Assembly (NCBI GenBank): GCA_963793865.1
Contig: CAWCBP010000001.1
Location: 800,001-864,000 of the forward strand
Length of the DNA stretch: 64,000 nt
From: an uncultured delta proteobacterium
GTDB lineage: Bacteria; Desulfobacterota; WTBG01
Reading direction: 5' to 3'
Within the stretch, counting starts at the first letter, position 1. Each line of letters opens with the position of its first letter. Shown here one piece after another: positions 53,830 to 64,000 of the stretch. The notes beneath the pieces are model-generated. The model made no database searches. It was not told where the DNA came from and saw only the letters and a list, made by a program, of their open reading frames with translations. The position numbers were made by a program, and so were the translations under genes.

Positions 53830-54774
53830 TTACGGCTGCCGGCAGGCATCAATGAGGATGCCCTCCAGAAGGCCTCCATCCGATACGATTATGAGGTCAA
53901 AACCGAAGCGATCCATGATCTGCAGCACAATTGCCGATCCCGAGATGATCAGATCTTCCCGGCCGGGCTCGAGGCCGGGCACGTGCATGCGCTCCTCCCG
54001 CCTCATGGCTGACAGCCGGCGCAGGATGGATGCAATTTTATCGCGTGACAAGACGTAGTTGTTGATGCGGCGCGGATCGTACTGATTCAGTGCCTGGTCA
54101 ATGGCGGCAAGGGTGGTGATGGTGCCGGCCGTGCCGATGAGCACACCGGATGCGGGGGAGGGTGCCGGGAAGGGGGAACTCGCATCCGGCGCCAGGGCGG
54201 TGTCGAGCGCTTTTTTAATGCGATCGTGCATATCGCCTTGCTCCTGCTGCGATGGAGGATCGCTGCGAAGCAGCTCTTCGCACAGGTGCACGGCCCCGAG
54301 GCGGATGCTGAGAACCAGCGGCGGATGGTGGTGACGGGACAGGATTAGCTCTGTGCTTCCTCCGCCGATATCGACGATACAGGAGCGGTCGGGGGCCGCA
54401 ACCGAGGACAGCACGCCGGCGCAGGATAAGCGCCCTTCCTCGTCACCGCTCAAAACCTTTATGCCAATGCCGGTGCGCCGTTCTACGGCACGGACAAATT
54501 CAGGCCCGTTTACGGCTTCGCGCACCACGCTGGTGGCAACGGCGTGAACAGCACGAGCTGCATGATCCCGTATGATGTTGCTGAAGGTGTCGAGGGCCTG
54601 AAGGCTTCGCCGGCAGGCAGCCGGGCTGATCCGTCCGCCGGAGTAAAATCCCTCTCCGAGCCGGGTAATGATGCGTTCGCGGTGAACGGGGATAAGCGCA
54701 CCGGCGGGTGGTACGTCCGCGATGAGCAGTCGCAAGGTATTGGTGCCGATGTCTATTGAAGAGGCCCGGATCAC
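53830..54774 (-). CDS. Ppx/GppA phosphatase
   Basis: IDIGTNTLR, ATSVVREA.N, EEG, DIGGGSTE, GTAGT. Confidence 0.93.
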   Translation of the reverse strand: MIRASSIDIGTNTLRLLIADVPPAGALIPVHRERIITRLGEGFYSGGRISPAACRRSLQALDTFSNIIRDHAARAVHAVATSVVREAVNGPEFVRAVERRTGIGIKVLSGDEEGRLSCAGVLSSVAAPDRSCIVDIGGGSTELILSRHHHPPLVLSIRLGAVHLCEELLRSDPPSQQEQGDMHDRIKKALDTALAPDASSPFPAPSPASGVLIGTAGTITTLAAIDQALNQYDPRRINNYVLSRDKIASILRRLSAMRREERMHVPGLEPGREDLIISGSAIVLQIMDRFGFDLIIVSDGGLLEGILIDACRQP

Positions 54775-54889
54775 ACAACTATTAAAGTGAGGTTAGGGGA
54801 AACGATTGATTTTTTGAGCACAGGGCAGACTGCAATCGGAAAGGGCGACGTCGCTATTTCCGGGGGAGCCGGCTCGAAGATCAGGGCGG

Positions 54890-55387
54890 CTACGGCTGAG
54901 CGCAATCCTGATCATCACCCTTTATTTTTGAGACTGCATGCGGGATGGCCGGGAGTATGGCCGCCAGGTTTTCACGCACCGCTTTTGGGCTTCCCGGCAG
55001 ATTGACGATGAGAGACCGGCCCCGGACTCCAACCACGGCCCGGCTGATCATGGCGTGGGGGGTTTTTTTTAAACTCTCCATGCGCATCACTTCCGCCATG
55101 CCCGGGATCTGCTTGTCGATCACCGCCAGCGTCGCCTCGGGAGTGAAATCCCGCTCCCCAACCCCGGTGCCCCCGCTGGTCAGGATCAAATCCAGCCCAA
55201 GGCTGTCGGCGAAGTGGATGAGCCTGTCGGAAATGAGGCCCTTCTCATCGGGAATGATCTCATAGCATTTAACCTCCGCCGGGAGGGATGCAAGCATGTC
55301 CCTGATGGCGGGACCGCTTAAGTCCTCCCGCCGGCCGGCCGCCCCCTTGTCGCTGATGGTGATAATGCCTGCAGAAATCATGCTCAC
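54890..55387 (-). CDS. mog: Molybdopterin adenylyltransferase MogA/MoaB
   Basis: TISDK, DLSGP, TSGGTG..RD.TPEAT, NLPGSP. Confidence 0.9.
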   Translation of the reverse strand: MSMISAGIITISDKGAAGRREDLSGPAIRDMLASLPAEVKCYEIIPDEKGLISDRLIHFADSLGLDLILTSGGTGVGERDFTPEATLAVIDKQIPGMAEVMRMESLKKTPHAMISRAVVGVRGRSLIVNLPGSPKAVRENLAAILPAIPHAVSKIKGDDQDCAQP

Positions 55388-55395
55388 GGTTTCGC

Positions 55396-57474
55396 TTACG
55401 ATTCTTCCTCGATCTCGGTTTTGTGCTGGGCAATGATCTGTTCGGCGAGCTGGCCGGGAACTTCCTCGTAGTGGGACAATTCCATGGTAAAGGTGCCTCT
55501 GCCGCCGGTGATGGAGGTCAGGTCCGAGGCGTATTTGAGTATCTCCGCCATAGGCACCTGCGCCTTGATGACCTGGCAGTTGATTTTCGGCTCCATGCCC
55601 AGGACCCGGCCACGGCGGGCATTGAGATCCCCGATGACATCCCCCATGCAGTCATCCGGAATGGTGATCGCCACATTCATCAGCGGTTCAAGCAAAATCG
55701 GTTTTGCCTCCTGCATTACCTTTCTGAAGCCCATTGAAGCGGCAATCTTGAAGGCGATGTCCGATGAATCAACATCGTGGAACGATCCGTCATACAAACT
55801 CACCCGGACGTCAACCACCGGGTATTTAGCCAAAATGCCATGCTTCATGGCATCGATAACTCCTTTTTCAACCGAGGGAATGTACTGGCGGGGTATTGCA
55901 CCGCCCACGATTTTGCTCGCAAATTCAAATCCCTGTCCGCGCGGCAGCGGTTCAATCTCCAGCCACACGTCTCCGTATTGTCCCCGGCCGCCGGACTGCT
56001 TTTTGTATTTGCTCTGGCCTTTCGCCGTGCCCCGGACCGTTTCCTTGTAGGCAACTTTGGGAGTTTTTACCTCGACGGAGACCCCGAATTTTCTCTGCAT
56101 CTTCTCGATGGCCACGTCAAGGTGGGTCTGACCCATGCCCTCGAGAATAAATTCATTGGTCTGCTCGTCACGGCGGGTGCGCAGGGTCGAATCTTCCTCC
56201 ATCAGCTTGGAAAGGGAGGATATAAGCTTATCCTCATCGCCCTTGCTTTTCGGCTCAAGCGCCAGCTGCATCACCGGCTCCGGCACCGGTGCCCGGTTGA
56301 TGATGAACGGCGACTTTTCATCGCAGAGGCTGTCGCCGGTTCCGGTCTCCTTCAGCTTGGCCACGGCGGCGATATCCCCGGCAATGGCGGGGTTGAAGGC
56401 CTTCTGGCTTTTACCCTCGATTTTAAGGATCTGCCCGATGCGCTCCTTGCAGCCCTTGGTTGCATTGTACACGGAAGAATCGGAATTGAGCACCCCCGAA
56501 ACCACGCGGAACAGGGTGAGCTTTCCCGCATAGGGGTCGGCGACGGTCTTGAACACGTAGAGAGACAGGGCGCTGTCTTTGCCGGCGCATCGCTGCTCTT
56601 CCCCCTTGGTCGCGGGATTGACCCCTTTGAAAGGGCGCTCCGAGGGGGAAGGATAGCATGCGGTGATCAGGTTCAGAAGCTGGTGCACCCCCATGTTGTT
56701 GACCGCCGATCCGCAGAGTACCGGGACCAGGCTGCATGACTGAATGCCCTGGGTGAGTCCGTTGAGGATCTCTTCAGGGGTAAGGGTTGCTCCCTCCAGG
56801 TATTTTTCCAGCAGCTGATCGCTCGATTCCGCGATGTCCTCAATCATGGTGCCTCGCATCTCTTCGGCACGGTCCTTTATTTCATCCGGTATGGGCGCCT
56901 CGCTGCACTCCCCGCTTCTGTCGTCGCTGAAGAGAAAGGCCTTCATGGTGACCAGGTCAACAACGCCCCGGAAGGAGGCCTCTTCGCCGATGGGCATCTG
57001 AAGCACCAGCGGCTTGATGCCCAGGATTTCCTCGATGCCCTTCAGGGTCTGCGTGAAATTGGCCCGCTCCATTTCCATCTTATTGATGAATATAAGGCGG
57101 GGAAGGGCGTTGTCCCCGGCGTAGCCCCACACCTTTTCCGTCTGCACCTGGACGCCGGAGACGGCGTCAATCAGCACAATTGCCGTATCCACCACCTGGA
57201 GGGCGCCTTTAACCTCTGCGGCAAAATTGGCGTCGCCCGGCGTGTCGATGATGTTGACATCACATTTCTGCCAGCGGAAATGATGCAGCGATGCGCTGAG
57301 TGTTTTTCTCCGCTTCAGCTCCTCCGGCTCGTAATCAAAAAGGGAGGTGCCCTCATCAACCATTCCCAGACGCGTGTTTACCTTGGCATCGAAGAGCATC
57401 GCGTCCGCCAGTGATGTTTTTCCTGCGCCGCCGTGAGAGATAAGCGCTATGTTGCGTAGATCTTTTGTTTCCAT
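55396..57474 (-). CDS. Elongation factor G paralog (EF-G2-like)
   Basis: Full EF-G architecture (KKQSGGRGQYG, HDVDSS, LLEP) with divergent G motifs HGGAGKTS, RKTL, DTPGD, NKME. Confidence 0.92.
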   Translation of the reverse strand: METKDLRNIALISHGGAGKTSLADAMLFDAKVNTRLGMVDEGTSLFDYEPEELKRRKTLSASLHHFRWQKCDVNIIDTPGDANFAAEVKGALQVVDTAIVLIDAVSGVQVQTEKVWGYAGDNALPRLIFINKMEMERANFTQTLKGIEEILGIKPLVLQMPIGEEASFRGVVDLVTMKAFLFSDDRSGECSEAPIPDEIKDRAEEMRGTMIEDIAESSDQLLEKYLEGATLTPEEILNGLTQGIQSCSLVPVLCGSAVNNMGVHQLLNLITACYPSPSERPFKGVNPATKGEEQRCAGKDSALSLYVFKTVADPYAGKLTLFRVVSGVLNSDSSVYNATKGCKERIGQILKIEGKSQKAFNPAIAGDIAAVAKLKETGTGDSLCDEKSPFIINRAPVPEPVMQLALEPKSKGDEDKLISSLSKLMEEDSTLRTRRDEQTNEFILEGMGQTHLDVAIEKMQRKFGVSVEVKTPKVAYKETVRGTAKGQSKYKKQSGGRGQYGDVWLEIEPLPRGQGFEFASKIVGGAIPRQYIPSVEKGVIDAMKHGILAKYPVVDVRVSLYDGSFHDVDSSDIAFKIAASMGFRKVMQEAKPILLEPLMNVAITIPDDCMGDVIGDLNARRGRVLGMEPKINCQVIKAQVPMAEILKYASDLTSITGGRGTFTMELSHYEEVPGQLAEQIIAQHKTEIEEES

Positions 57475-57496
57475 ACAAGGGTCCCCTGTGGTTTAA

Positions 57497-58423
57497 TTAG
57501 AATGTTTGTACGTACTTCTCCGCTGCGAATGCCGCCGTGGCGCCGTCGCCGACCGCGGTGGTGATCTGGCGCAGGAGCTTTTTGCGCACGTCACCCGCGG
57601 CAAAGACGCCCGGCAGCGTGGTTTCCATCAGATCATTGGTAACGATAAGGCCGTCATCGGTCAGAGGCATGAGGCCGGCGAGCCAGCCGGTATTGGGCCG
57701 CAATCCCACATAGATGAACACCCCATCAACCGTCAGTGTGGATGCAGTACCATCCTTCAGGTTTTTCAGCCGAAGGCCGCTGACCCGGGCATCGCCTTGG
57801 ATTTCCTCCACCACCGTATCCCAGACAAATGATATTTTGCCCTCGGCGCGGGCACGCTCCTGGAGAATTTGAACCGCCCGGAGTTGATCGCGGCGGTGGA
57901 TGATATGCACTTTCCTGGCCAGGCGGCTGAGAAAAAGCGCCTCCTCGATGGCTGCGTCGCCGCCCCCGACCACCGCCACCTCTTTCTCCCTGAAGAAGGC
58001 GCCGTCGCAGGTGGCGCAGTATGAAACGCCCCTGCCGGTAAGCCGCTCCTCTCCCGGGACCCCGAGCAGCCGGGGTTCGCTGCCGGTCGCGATAATCAGC
58101 GACCTGGTGCGGAACTCTCCTTCGCTCGATGCCACCTGTATCAGGCGACCGTTGATGGGCGTTATGGACTCGGCGGCGGCGCTGGTGATGGTAAGCCCGA
58201 AGCCCTTCGCCTGCTCTTCCAGGTTGTGAATCAGCTCAAATCCGGAGATGCTTGAGACAAATCCGGGGTAATTTTCAATCCGTTCCGTCTTGATGACCTG
58301 TCCGCCCAGCGCGCTTTTTTCCAGCAGCAGGGTGGTGAGACGGGCCCTCGAGGTATACAGCCCGGCGGTCAGTCCGGCAGGGCCGCCACCGATGATAATC
58401 ACGTCATACGCGTCTGAAGTCAT
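57497..58423 (-). CDS. trxB: Thioredoxin-disulfide reductase
   Basis: GGGPAG, CATCDG, GGGD, HRR, FAAGDV. Confidence 0.95.
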   Translation of the reverse strand: MTSDAYDVIIIGGGPAGLTAGLYTSRARLTTLLLEKSALGGQVIKTERIENYPGFVSSISGFELIHNLEEQAKGFGLTITSAAAESITPINGRLIQVASSEGEFRTRSLIIATGSEPRLLGVPGEERLTGRGVSYCATCDGAFFREKEVAVVGGGDAAIEEALFLSRLARKVHIIHRRDQLRAVQILQERARAEGKISFVWDTVVEEIQGDARVSGLRLKNLKDGTASTLTVDGVFIYVGLRPNTGWLAGLMPLTDDGLIVTNDLMETTLPGVFAAGDVRKKLLRQITTAVGDGATAAFAAEKYVQTF

Positions 58424-58583
58424 AGGCGAGGAGCTTTTATATTGAATAGGCGCTGCACATTTGCTATGGTGTAACCGGCATCAATCAAAAAGTCCTTTAT
58501 TCTAGAAAACTACGCAGCGAAAAGTCAATTAAAATTTAAGCATTCATCAGGCAAAAAGCTTTAGGCCATGGTGGTGATCCGCG

Positions 58584-59958
58584 GTGAAGGATAAGAAGAG
58601 TACTCATTTTGTTTGCCAGATGTGCGGGTATCAGTCTTCCAAGTGGCTGGGGAAATGCCCCGGCTGCGATGCGTGGGACAGCCTGCTGGAAGAAAAGCGG
58701 CGCGACGGCGCGGCGCCTGCCGCGAATATATGGCTGCAGCGGGACGCGGAGGGGGCGGCGCTGCAGCCGTTGGACCGGATCCAGATGAGCGATAACGCGC
58801 GCATCCTGACCGGTGTGGGCGAGTTTGACCGGGTTCTGGGAGGCGGGGTGGTCAGCGGATCGGTGGTGCTGATCGGCGGCGATCCCGGCATCGGGAAATC
58901 CACCCTGCTGCTGCAGGCGCTGAACATGATGGCTGCTCCGGAACAGAAGGTTCTCTATGTGTCCGGTGAGGAATCCGCCCGCCAGATCAAGATCCGGGCG
59001 GAACGGCTGAACACGCTGTCGCCCCATGTATACATCATGGCGGAAAACTGCCTGGAAACCATCCTTCCCGAAGCGGTTGCGCTCGCCCCGAAGGTCCTGG
59101 TCATCGATTCAATCCAGACGGTTTATTCACGGCGAGCTGCAGTCGGCGCCGGGAAGCGTCGCCCAGGTCCGGGAAACCTCCGCCCGGCTGATCGTTCTAT
59201 CTAAAAACCGGGAGATTACCACCTTCCTCATCGGCCATGTCACCAAGGACGGGGCGATTGCCGGGCCGCGGGTGCTCGAGCACATGGTTGATACCGTACT
59301 TTATTTTGAGGGGGACCGCGGGCATCCCTACCGCATTCTGCGTGCGGTAAAGAACCGATTCGGATCCTCAAACGAAATCGGCGTGTTTGAAATGAAGGAC
59401 CACGGTCTGGCGGAAGTCCTGAACCCCTCCGAGCTTTTTCTTTCACAGCGCCCGGTGGATGTCTCCGGCTCGGTGGTGGTGCCCTGCATGGAGGGGACCA
59501 GGCCGCTGCTGGTGGAAATCCAGGCGCTGGTGAGCCCCACCAACCTGGCAATGCCCCGCAGGACCGCAATCGGCATTGATCCCCAGCGACTGTCCCTGCT
59601 GGCCGCGGTGCTGGAGCGATACCTGGCGATTGCGCTCTATAACAAGGATATTTTTCTCAACGTGACCGGCGGGGTGAAGGTAGAGGAGCCGGCGGTTGAT
59701 CTGGGCATTGCCGCGGCAATTGCATCAAGCGCATTGAACCGGTCCATTGACACCGGGACCATATTTTTAGGTGAGGTGGGTCTGACCGGCGAGGTGCGGG
59801 GCATCACCCAGCTTGAGCTCCGCCTGAAGGAGGCGGCAAAGCTCGGCTTTCGGCACGGCGTGGTTCCCGAGGTGAACCGGGCGCAGGTGCGGGTAAATCT
59901 GCCCATGGAGGTAACCGGGGTTTCTTCACTCAAGGAAGTGTTGCGCTTGATTGCCTGA
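58584..59958 (+). CDS. radA: DNA repair protein RadA/Sms (one extra base near 59125, probably sequencing error)
   Basis: C4 Zn finger, GDPGIGKST, IDSIQT in the first frame; APGSVAQVRE, KNRFG, GEVGLTGE in the second. Confidence 0.94.
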
Positions 59959-60012
59959 TGCGCGAATCTGCAAGGCGAATGCCGCCCGGCATGGGTTCGT
60001 GAGAGGGTTGAT

Positions 60013-60694
60013 ATGGTTGCCATCAGACGGGAAGGCTTTTCATATATCGTGGGGCTTGCGATTATCGCAACCATCTTGTCGATTGCTTCATCATTTTTTG
60101 CCACGACTGCGCTGCAAATTGTGACCATCATCACCTGGGTGCTGGTGGTGCTGGTGATCAATTTTTTCCGCGATCCCGATCGGGTCACGCCTGCTGAAGC
60201 GGATTGCCTGATTGCTCCTGCCGACGGAAAGGTGATCGATGTGTGCACAGTCAGGGAAGACCGCTACCTCCACGCCGAGGTGTGCCGCGTCAGCATTTTC
60301 ATGTCCGTCTTTGACGTGCATGTCAACCGTGCCCCGCTGAGCGGCGAGGTGGATCATCTGGAGCATCACCCGGGGAAATTTGTGGCGGCGTTCCGTGAAG
60401 ATGCCTCCGGTGAAAACGAACACCTCGACATTGGATTTCTGTCTGACCGGGTCGAATGAAAAGGGCGAGGCTGTGCATCGGGTGCTGATAACGCTTATTG
60501 CAGGCTATATTGCGCGCAGAATTCTCTTCTTCAGGCAATTGCATGACCGGGTTCAGCAGGGCGATCGGATCGGGATGATAAAGTTCGGCAGCCGGGTTGA
60601 TGTCTACCTGACAGCGGAGTGGGAAGTTTCCGTAGAAAAGGGGCAGCGGGTCAGGGCTGGCGAAACCGTGGTGGGAAGGCTCAGGAAGAAATAG
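60013..60694 (+). CDS. psd: Phosphatidylserine decarboxylase proenzyme (one extra base near 60437, probably sequencing error)
   Basis: [23 protein letters not shown] in the first frame; [16 protein letters not shown] in the second. Confidence 0.92.
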
Positions 60695-60720
60695 GCCTTC
60701 GAGCGGAAAGGTCTCACCTC

Positions 60721-61771
60721 CTATGTAATTATAATGGACTTGCCGCCTTTGGGGCGTTCGGTTATCTCGCCTATGATATACGGCGGTGCAGCGGTGCGAG
60801 CGCAGGCGTGACCTGACCGCGTCGGCATCGCGGCGCGGGACCACCAGCACCATGCCGATGCCGCAGTTGAATGTTTTCAGCATCTCCATCTCGGCTATGC
60901 CGGATTTTTCGCGCAGCAAGGAGAAGATGGGCGGCTCCGTCCAGCTTGTTTTCCTGATGAGCGCCCGGCAGTGGGGCGGCAGTATCCGGGGAATGTTGCC
61001 AATCAGCCCTCCTCCGGTGATGTGCGCCATGCCGTGAACCCGAAACTTCCTGATGATATCCAGCACCGGCTTGACGTAAATGAGGGTGGGCTCCAGCAGC
61101 TCCTCTCCCAGGGTCCTTCCGGTCCCGGCTATTTTTTTGCCGAGGCTGAGCCTGCACTGCTCAAGGAGCACCTTGCGCACCAGCGAGAATCCGTTGCTGT
61201 GCAGCCCGATTGATGCAATGCCCACCAGCACATCGCCTGTCTTGATCGCCGACCCGTCGATGATCTTTCGCTGCTCGACCACACCCACGGCAAACCCGGC
61301 GAGATCGTATTCATCCTTTGCGTAAAATGAAGGCATCTCCGCCATCTCACCGCCCAGCAGGGCGCATCCGGCTTGTTTACAGCCGCTGCTCACACCCCGG
61401 ATGATAGCCTCAACCGTCTTCGGCTTCAGCTCACCGGTGGCGATGTAATCGAGAAAGAAGAGCGGTTCCGCGCCCTGGGTGAGAATGTCATTGACCCCCA
61501 TGGCAACGAGATCGATGCCAACCGTGTCGTGCTTGTCCATCATGAAGGCTATTTTCAGCTTGGTGCCCACGCCGTCGGTCGATGCGCTTAAGACCGGCTT
61601 CTTATATTTGCCGGCGCGCAGGGCAAACAGGCCGGAGAACCCGCCGATGGATGACACGACTTCCGGACGAAAGGTCGTCCTGGCCATTGACCTGATGCGA
61701 TCGACCAGGAGGTCGGCCTTTTTAATGTTTACCCCCGCATCCTTGTAGCTCAGCGCTTTTTTCACTTTCAC
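60721..61771 (-). CDS. purM: AIR synthase PurM (one extra base near 60781, probably sequencing error)
   Basis: YKDAGV, DGVGTK, GGE.AEMP, HSNGFS, HITGGG, TFNCGIG; expected C-terminus YIIGEI..IIIT* is in the shifted frame ending at TAG 60723-60721. Confidence 0.94.
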
Positions 61772-61859
61772 TCCTCGAAGGGATAAGGTGTGCTTAGAGC
61801 AGTGTGATGGATAGATCAGGGAGGCTCAGTCGTGCTATACGACTGACGCTTCCGTGGCG

Positions 61860-61888
61860 ATGATAGACAAAAGGAAAATCCTTGTCAA
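61860..61888 (-). promoter_or_regulatory. Sigma70-type promoter for purM
   Basis: TTGACA-N17-TATCAT on minus strand. Confidence 0.65.
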
Positions 61889-61974
61889 ACCTTTTCCCGT
61901 GTTTGTATTAGGTTCTTATTATAAGAGCGAAAACTGAGAGAGCTATCAAAGCTGATCAAAAAAGCTTCCGTTCT

Positions 61975-62070
61975 GGATTTTCACATACACAAGTCTGTGA
62001 ATTTAACAGCCATAGTCTGGTGAATCTCTCAGGAATTTGGATTGCCGGTAGGAGCGGCTTTAGCCGCGAA
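61975..62070 (-). repeat. GTAG-family REP singlet plus long tail (copy D)
   Basis: Reverse complement reads TTCGCGGCTAAAGCCGCTCCTACCGG..CTGAGAGATTCACC..GGCTGTTAAATTC, collinear with copy B. Confidence 0.85.
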
Positions 62071-62128
62071 TATAAGAGATCCCAGGTTTTTTTATAATTT
62101 TGAGACCAGACCCCACGCATATTGGCGC

Positions 62129-62156
62129 TTGATTTAGAACACAAATCACGTATAAT
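62129..62156 (+). promoter_or_regulatory. Promoter/operator of the DUF4160-DUF2442 pair
   Basis: TTGATT-N16-TATAAT; TGATTT-N7-AAATCA dyad at 62130-62148. Confidence 0.55.
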
Positions 62157-62198
62157 CATACTTATGAGTCTCTAACATATTATCGAGGATGATAATCT

Positions 62199-62459
62199 GT
62201 GCCAATCATAGCAACTTTTTTCGGTATAGTTGTCAGAATGTATTATGATGAACATAATCCACCACATATTCATGTTGAGTATCAAGGCATGAAGGCACTC
62301 TTGGATTTTCGCGGCAATATTTTACGAGGTGATTTGGGGTCGAAAACAGCCCTTCGACTCGTAAGGGAATGGATTGACATGCGTCAGTCTGAACTGCAGG
62401 AGGACTGGAATTTAGCTCAGGCCGGTAAAGCAATCAAGAAAGTAGAACCCTTGAATTGA
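62199..62459 (+). CDS. DUF4160 protein (putative toxin-antitoxin component)
   Basis: MPII..FFGIVVRMY..EHNPPHIHV..EW..L..DW; GAGG RBS. Confidence 0.88.
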   Translation: MPIIATFFGIVVRMYYDEHNPPHIHVEYQGMKALLDFRGNILRGDLGSKTALRLVREWIDMRQSELQEDWNLAQAGKAIKKVEPLN

Positions 62460-62467
62460 GGCTGCCC

Positions 62468-62734
62468 ATGTGGGATATGAATGAAATCAAATCAATTGAA
62501 TACGTACGTGATTATGTATATCACATTGTCTTTGATGATAATCTGGAAGGCGATGTTGATTTTGCGGAATACTTGAAACGGGGTCCCATATTTGAGCCGC
62601 TTGCAGATTTGGGGTTTTTCCGCAAGGCGCGTATCGAGGGAGGAACGCTCACCTGGCCAAACGGAGCAGACATAGCCCCCGAACGATTATATGAAAAAAT
62701 AGCTGCAGACAAAAAGGTCCGGCAGACGGGGTAA
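62468..62734 (+). CDS. DUF2442 protein (putative toxin-antitoxin partner)
   Basis: FDD..G.VD, IFEPL.D..FF, GTLTWPNGADIAPERLY. Confidence 0.88.
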   Translation: MWDMNEIKSIEYVRDYVYHIVFDDNLEGDVDFAEYLKRGPIFEPLADLGFFRKARIEGGTLTWPNGADIAPERLYEKIAADKKVRQTG

Positions 62735-62882
62735 GATAATTGCCGTAGTCATTAAGGGTTTGATCTCAATGTTCCATAAAGCATAGTGCATCTTCAGAAC
62801 GGAACGGTGCGTGTTGAGATTGACCCTTTGTTTTTTCTTCGTGCTCTTCGTAATTATTCCTACGCATGATTCGTGATTAACT

Positions 62883-64000
62883 ATGAGCGAATACACGACT
62901 TATCTAAAAGCCCTAAAATTCACTGAGGATTCAAAGAATCGATGGCAGCGTCGATTCGGCTATCCAGCAATAGGTGAATACATCATTACAGTCGATACCG
63001 AAAAGCTCACGATCGACTATCCAAAACCCATCCAGCTTGGGGATCGCACCACGAGCAACTTCGACCACCCTGAGAACTTCGTCGTTCTCGAATGTGTGTG
63101 TCGCCTACTGGCCAAGGGCTACGATCCCGCGACTTTAATCCTCGAAAAGCGTTATCAAGTTGGGCGCGGCGCGTCTGGCGGCAAAAGCGACATTACGGTA
63201 TTGCGCCGCGCGACCGATCCCGATGACCAACCCACTGCGGCACCGTTGCTAATTATCGAATGCAAGACCTGGGGCAAGGAACACGACGAGGAAAAAAGAA
63301 AAACGATAGATGAAGGCGGCCAACTCTTTGGCTATCTCCAGCAAGACCGCTCCGCCAGCCATCTGTGCATATACTCTTCACTCTTCAAGAACGAACTCGC
63401 ATATCGCTGTGACATTATCCACGCCGAAGATTCTATCGAGGCTATTGAAAAATTTGCCAAAAAAGAAAATGCGGAAAATCACGTCGCCGCCCGCGCAGCT
63501 GTGCCGATCTTCCAGTACGCACACAACCGCGAAACATTGCACCACGTATGGAAAACGACTTACCGCGCTGCCTTCCAGTCAACTGGAATCTTTGAGGACA
63601 AGTTTACACCCTATTCAATTGGCTACGAGCCCATCACAAAAGGCCTCCTTAACGAGTTCAACGGCACTAACGGGAGCACTGGTGTTTTCAATCGCTTCAT
63701 GGAAATCCTCCGGCACAACAATGTGTCAGACAAGGAAAATGCCTTTAACCGCCTTTGCGCTATCATTCTCGCCAAGCTGATCGACGAGGAAAAAGACAAA
63801 GATGCTATCCTCGATTTCCAATGGTTCCCGAACAAGGACACCTCGATGGATCTCATCGATCGTCTGCAACGTCTCTATAAGCGAGGCATGAAAGAGACTC
63901 TCGGCGAGGACATCACTTATTTTGAGGAGCGCGATATTGATCATGCCTTTCGTGCTCATCGTCGTGACATGGCCCGCAATGAGGTCAAGAAAATTTTCCG
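62883..64000 (+). CDS. Fused restriction-modification enzyme (HsdR_N PD-(D/E)xK nuclease, type IIG/type I-like), partial
   Basis: Not in the ORF track because it runs off the window. My translation: MSEYTTYLKALKF..TTSNF..ENFVVLECVCRLLAKGY..LEK..GGKSDI..IIECKTWGKE..GGQLF.Y..EILRHNNVSDKENAFNRL..KLIDE. Methylase motifs would lie beyond the window. Confidence 0.8.
   Translation, partial: MSEYTTYLKALKFTEDSKNRWQRRFGYPAIGEYIITVDTEKLTIDYPKPIQLGDRTTSNFDHPENFVVLECVCRLLAKGYDPATLILEKRYQVGRGASGGKSDITVLRRATDPDDQPTAAPLLIIECKTWGKEHDEEKRKTIDEGGQLFGYLQQDRSASHLCIYSSLFKNELAYRCDIIHAEDSIEAIEKFAKKENAENHVAARAAVPIFQYAHNRETLHHVWKTTYRAAFQSTGIFEDKFTPYSIGYEPITKGLLNEFNGTNGSTGVFNRFMEILRHNNVSDKENAFNRLCAIILAKLIDEEKDKDAILDFQWFPNKDTSMDLIDRLQRLYKRGMKETLGEDITYFEERDIDHAFRAHRRDMARNEVKKIF

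Noticed and set aside
60323..60720. Extended PurM C-terminus overlapping psd, and possible Sec readthrough at psd TGA 60457
   Set aside because: Both are frameshift artefacts; the conserved sequence continues in a different frame.
63310..63959. Small ORFs listed at the right end
   Set aside because: Alternative frames within the R-M gene starting at 62883.

Overview
Bacterial chromosomal window, mostly GC-rich. Gene content (c-type cytochromes, archaeal-type aroA'/aroB' and ThyA, EF-G2, larBC) suggests an anaerobic deltaproteobacterium/Desulfobacterota; this is inference. Most of it is housekeeping: murJ, tatA, larBC, thiL, lon, sppA, thyA, hflKC, rpmA-obgE-proBA-nadD-rsfS-comF-ispB-surE, nlpD, degP, pcm, ligA, rsmA, dnaE, guaAB, ppx, mog, fusA2, trxB, radA, psd, purM. 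Five conserved genes (obgE, nadD, radA, psd, purM) have single-base frameshifts that look like sequencing errors. The most interesting parts are: (1) a periplasmic three-gene operon at 94-2751 encoding a MauG/MbnH-type diheme enzyme (Tyr at the second-heme ligand position), a Tat-exported metallophosphoesterase with a WxW motif, and a SoxA/TsdA-like His/Cys monoheme cytochrome; (2) a GT2, B12-radical SAM, carbamoyltransferase, GT-C cluster at 17.0-22.9 kb that probably builds a modified lipid-linked sugar; (3) an excisionase-HTH/HD-GYP fusion with altered catalytic motifs; (4) a family of GTAG-REP elements with a conserved tail, plus other MITE-like inverted repeats; (5) the left edge of a defence island (DUF4160/DUF2442 pair and a fused restriction-modification gene). 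No rRNA, tRNA or CRISPR array was seen. All calls come from reading motifs by eye; no searches were run.
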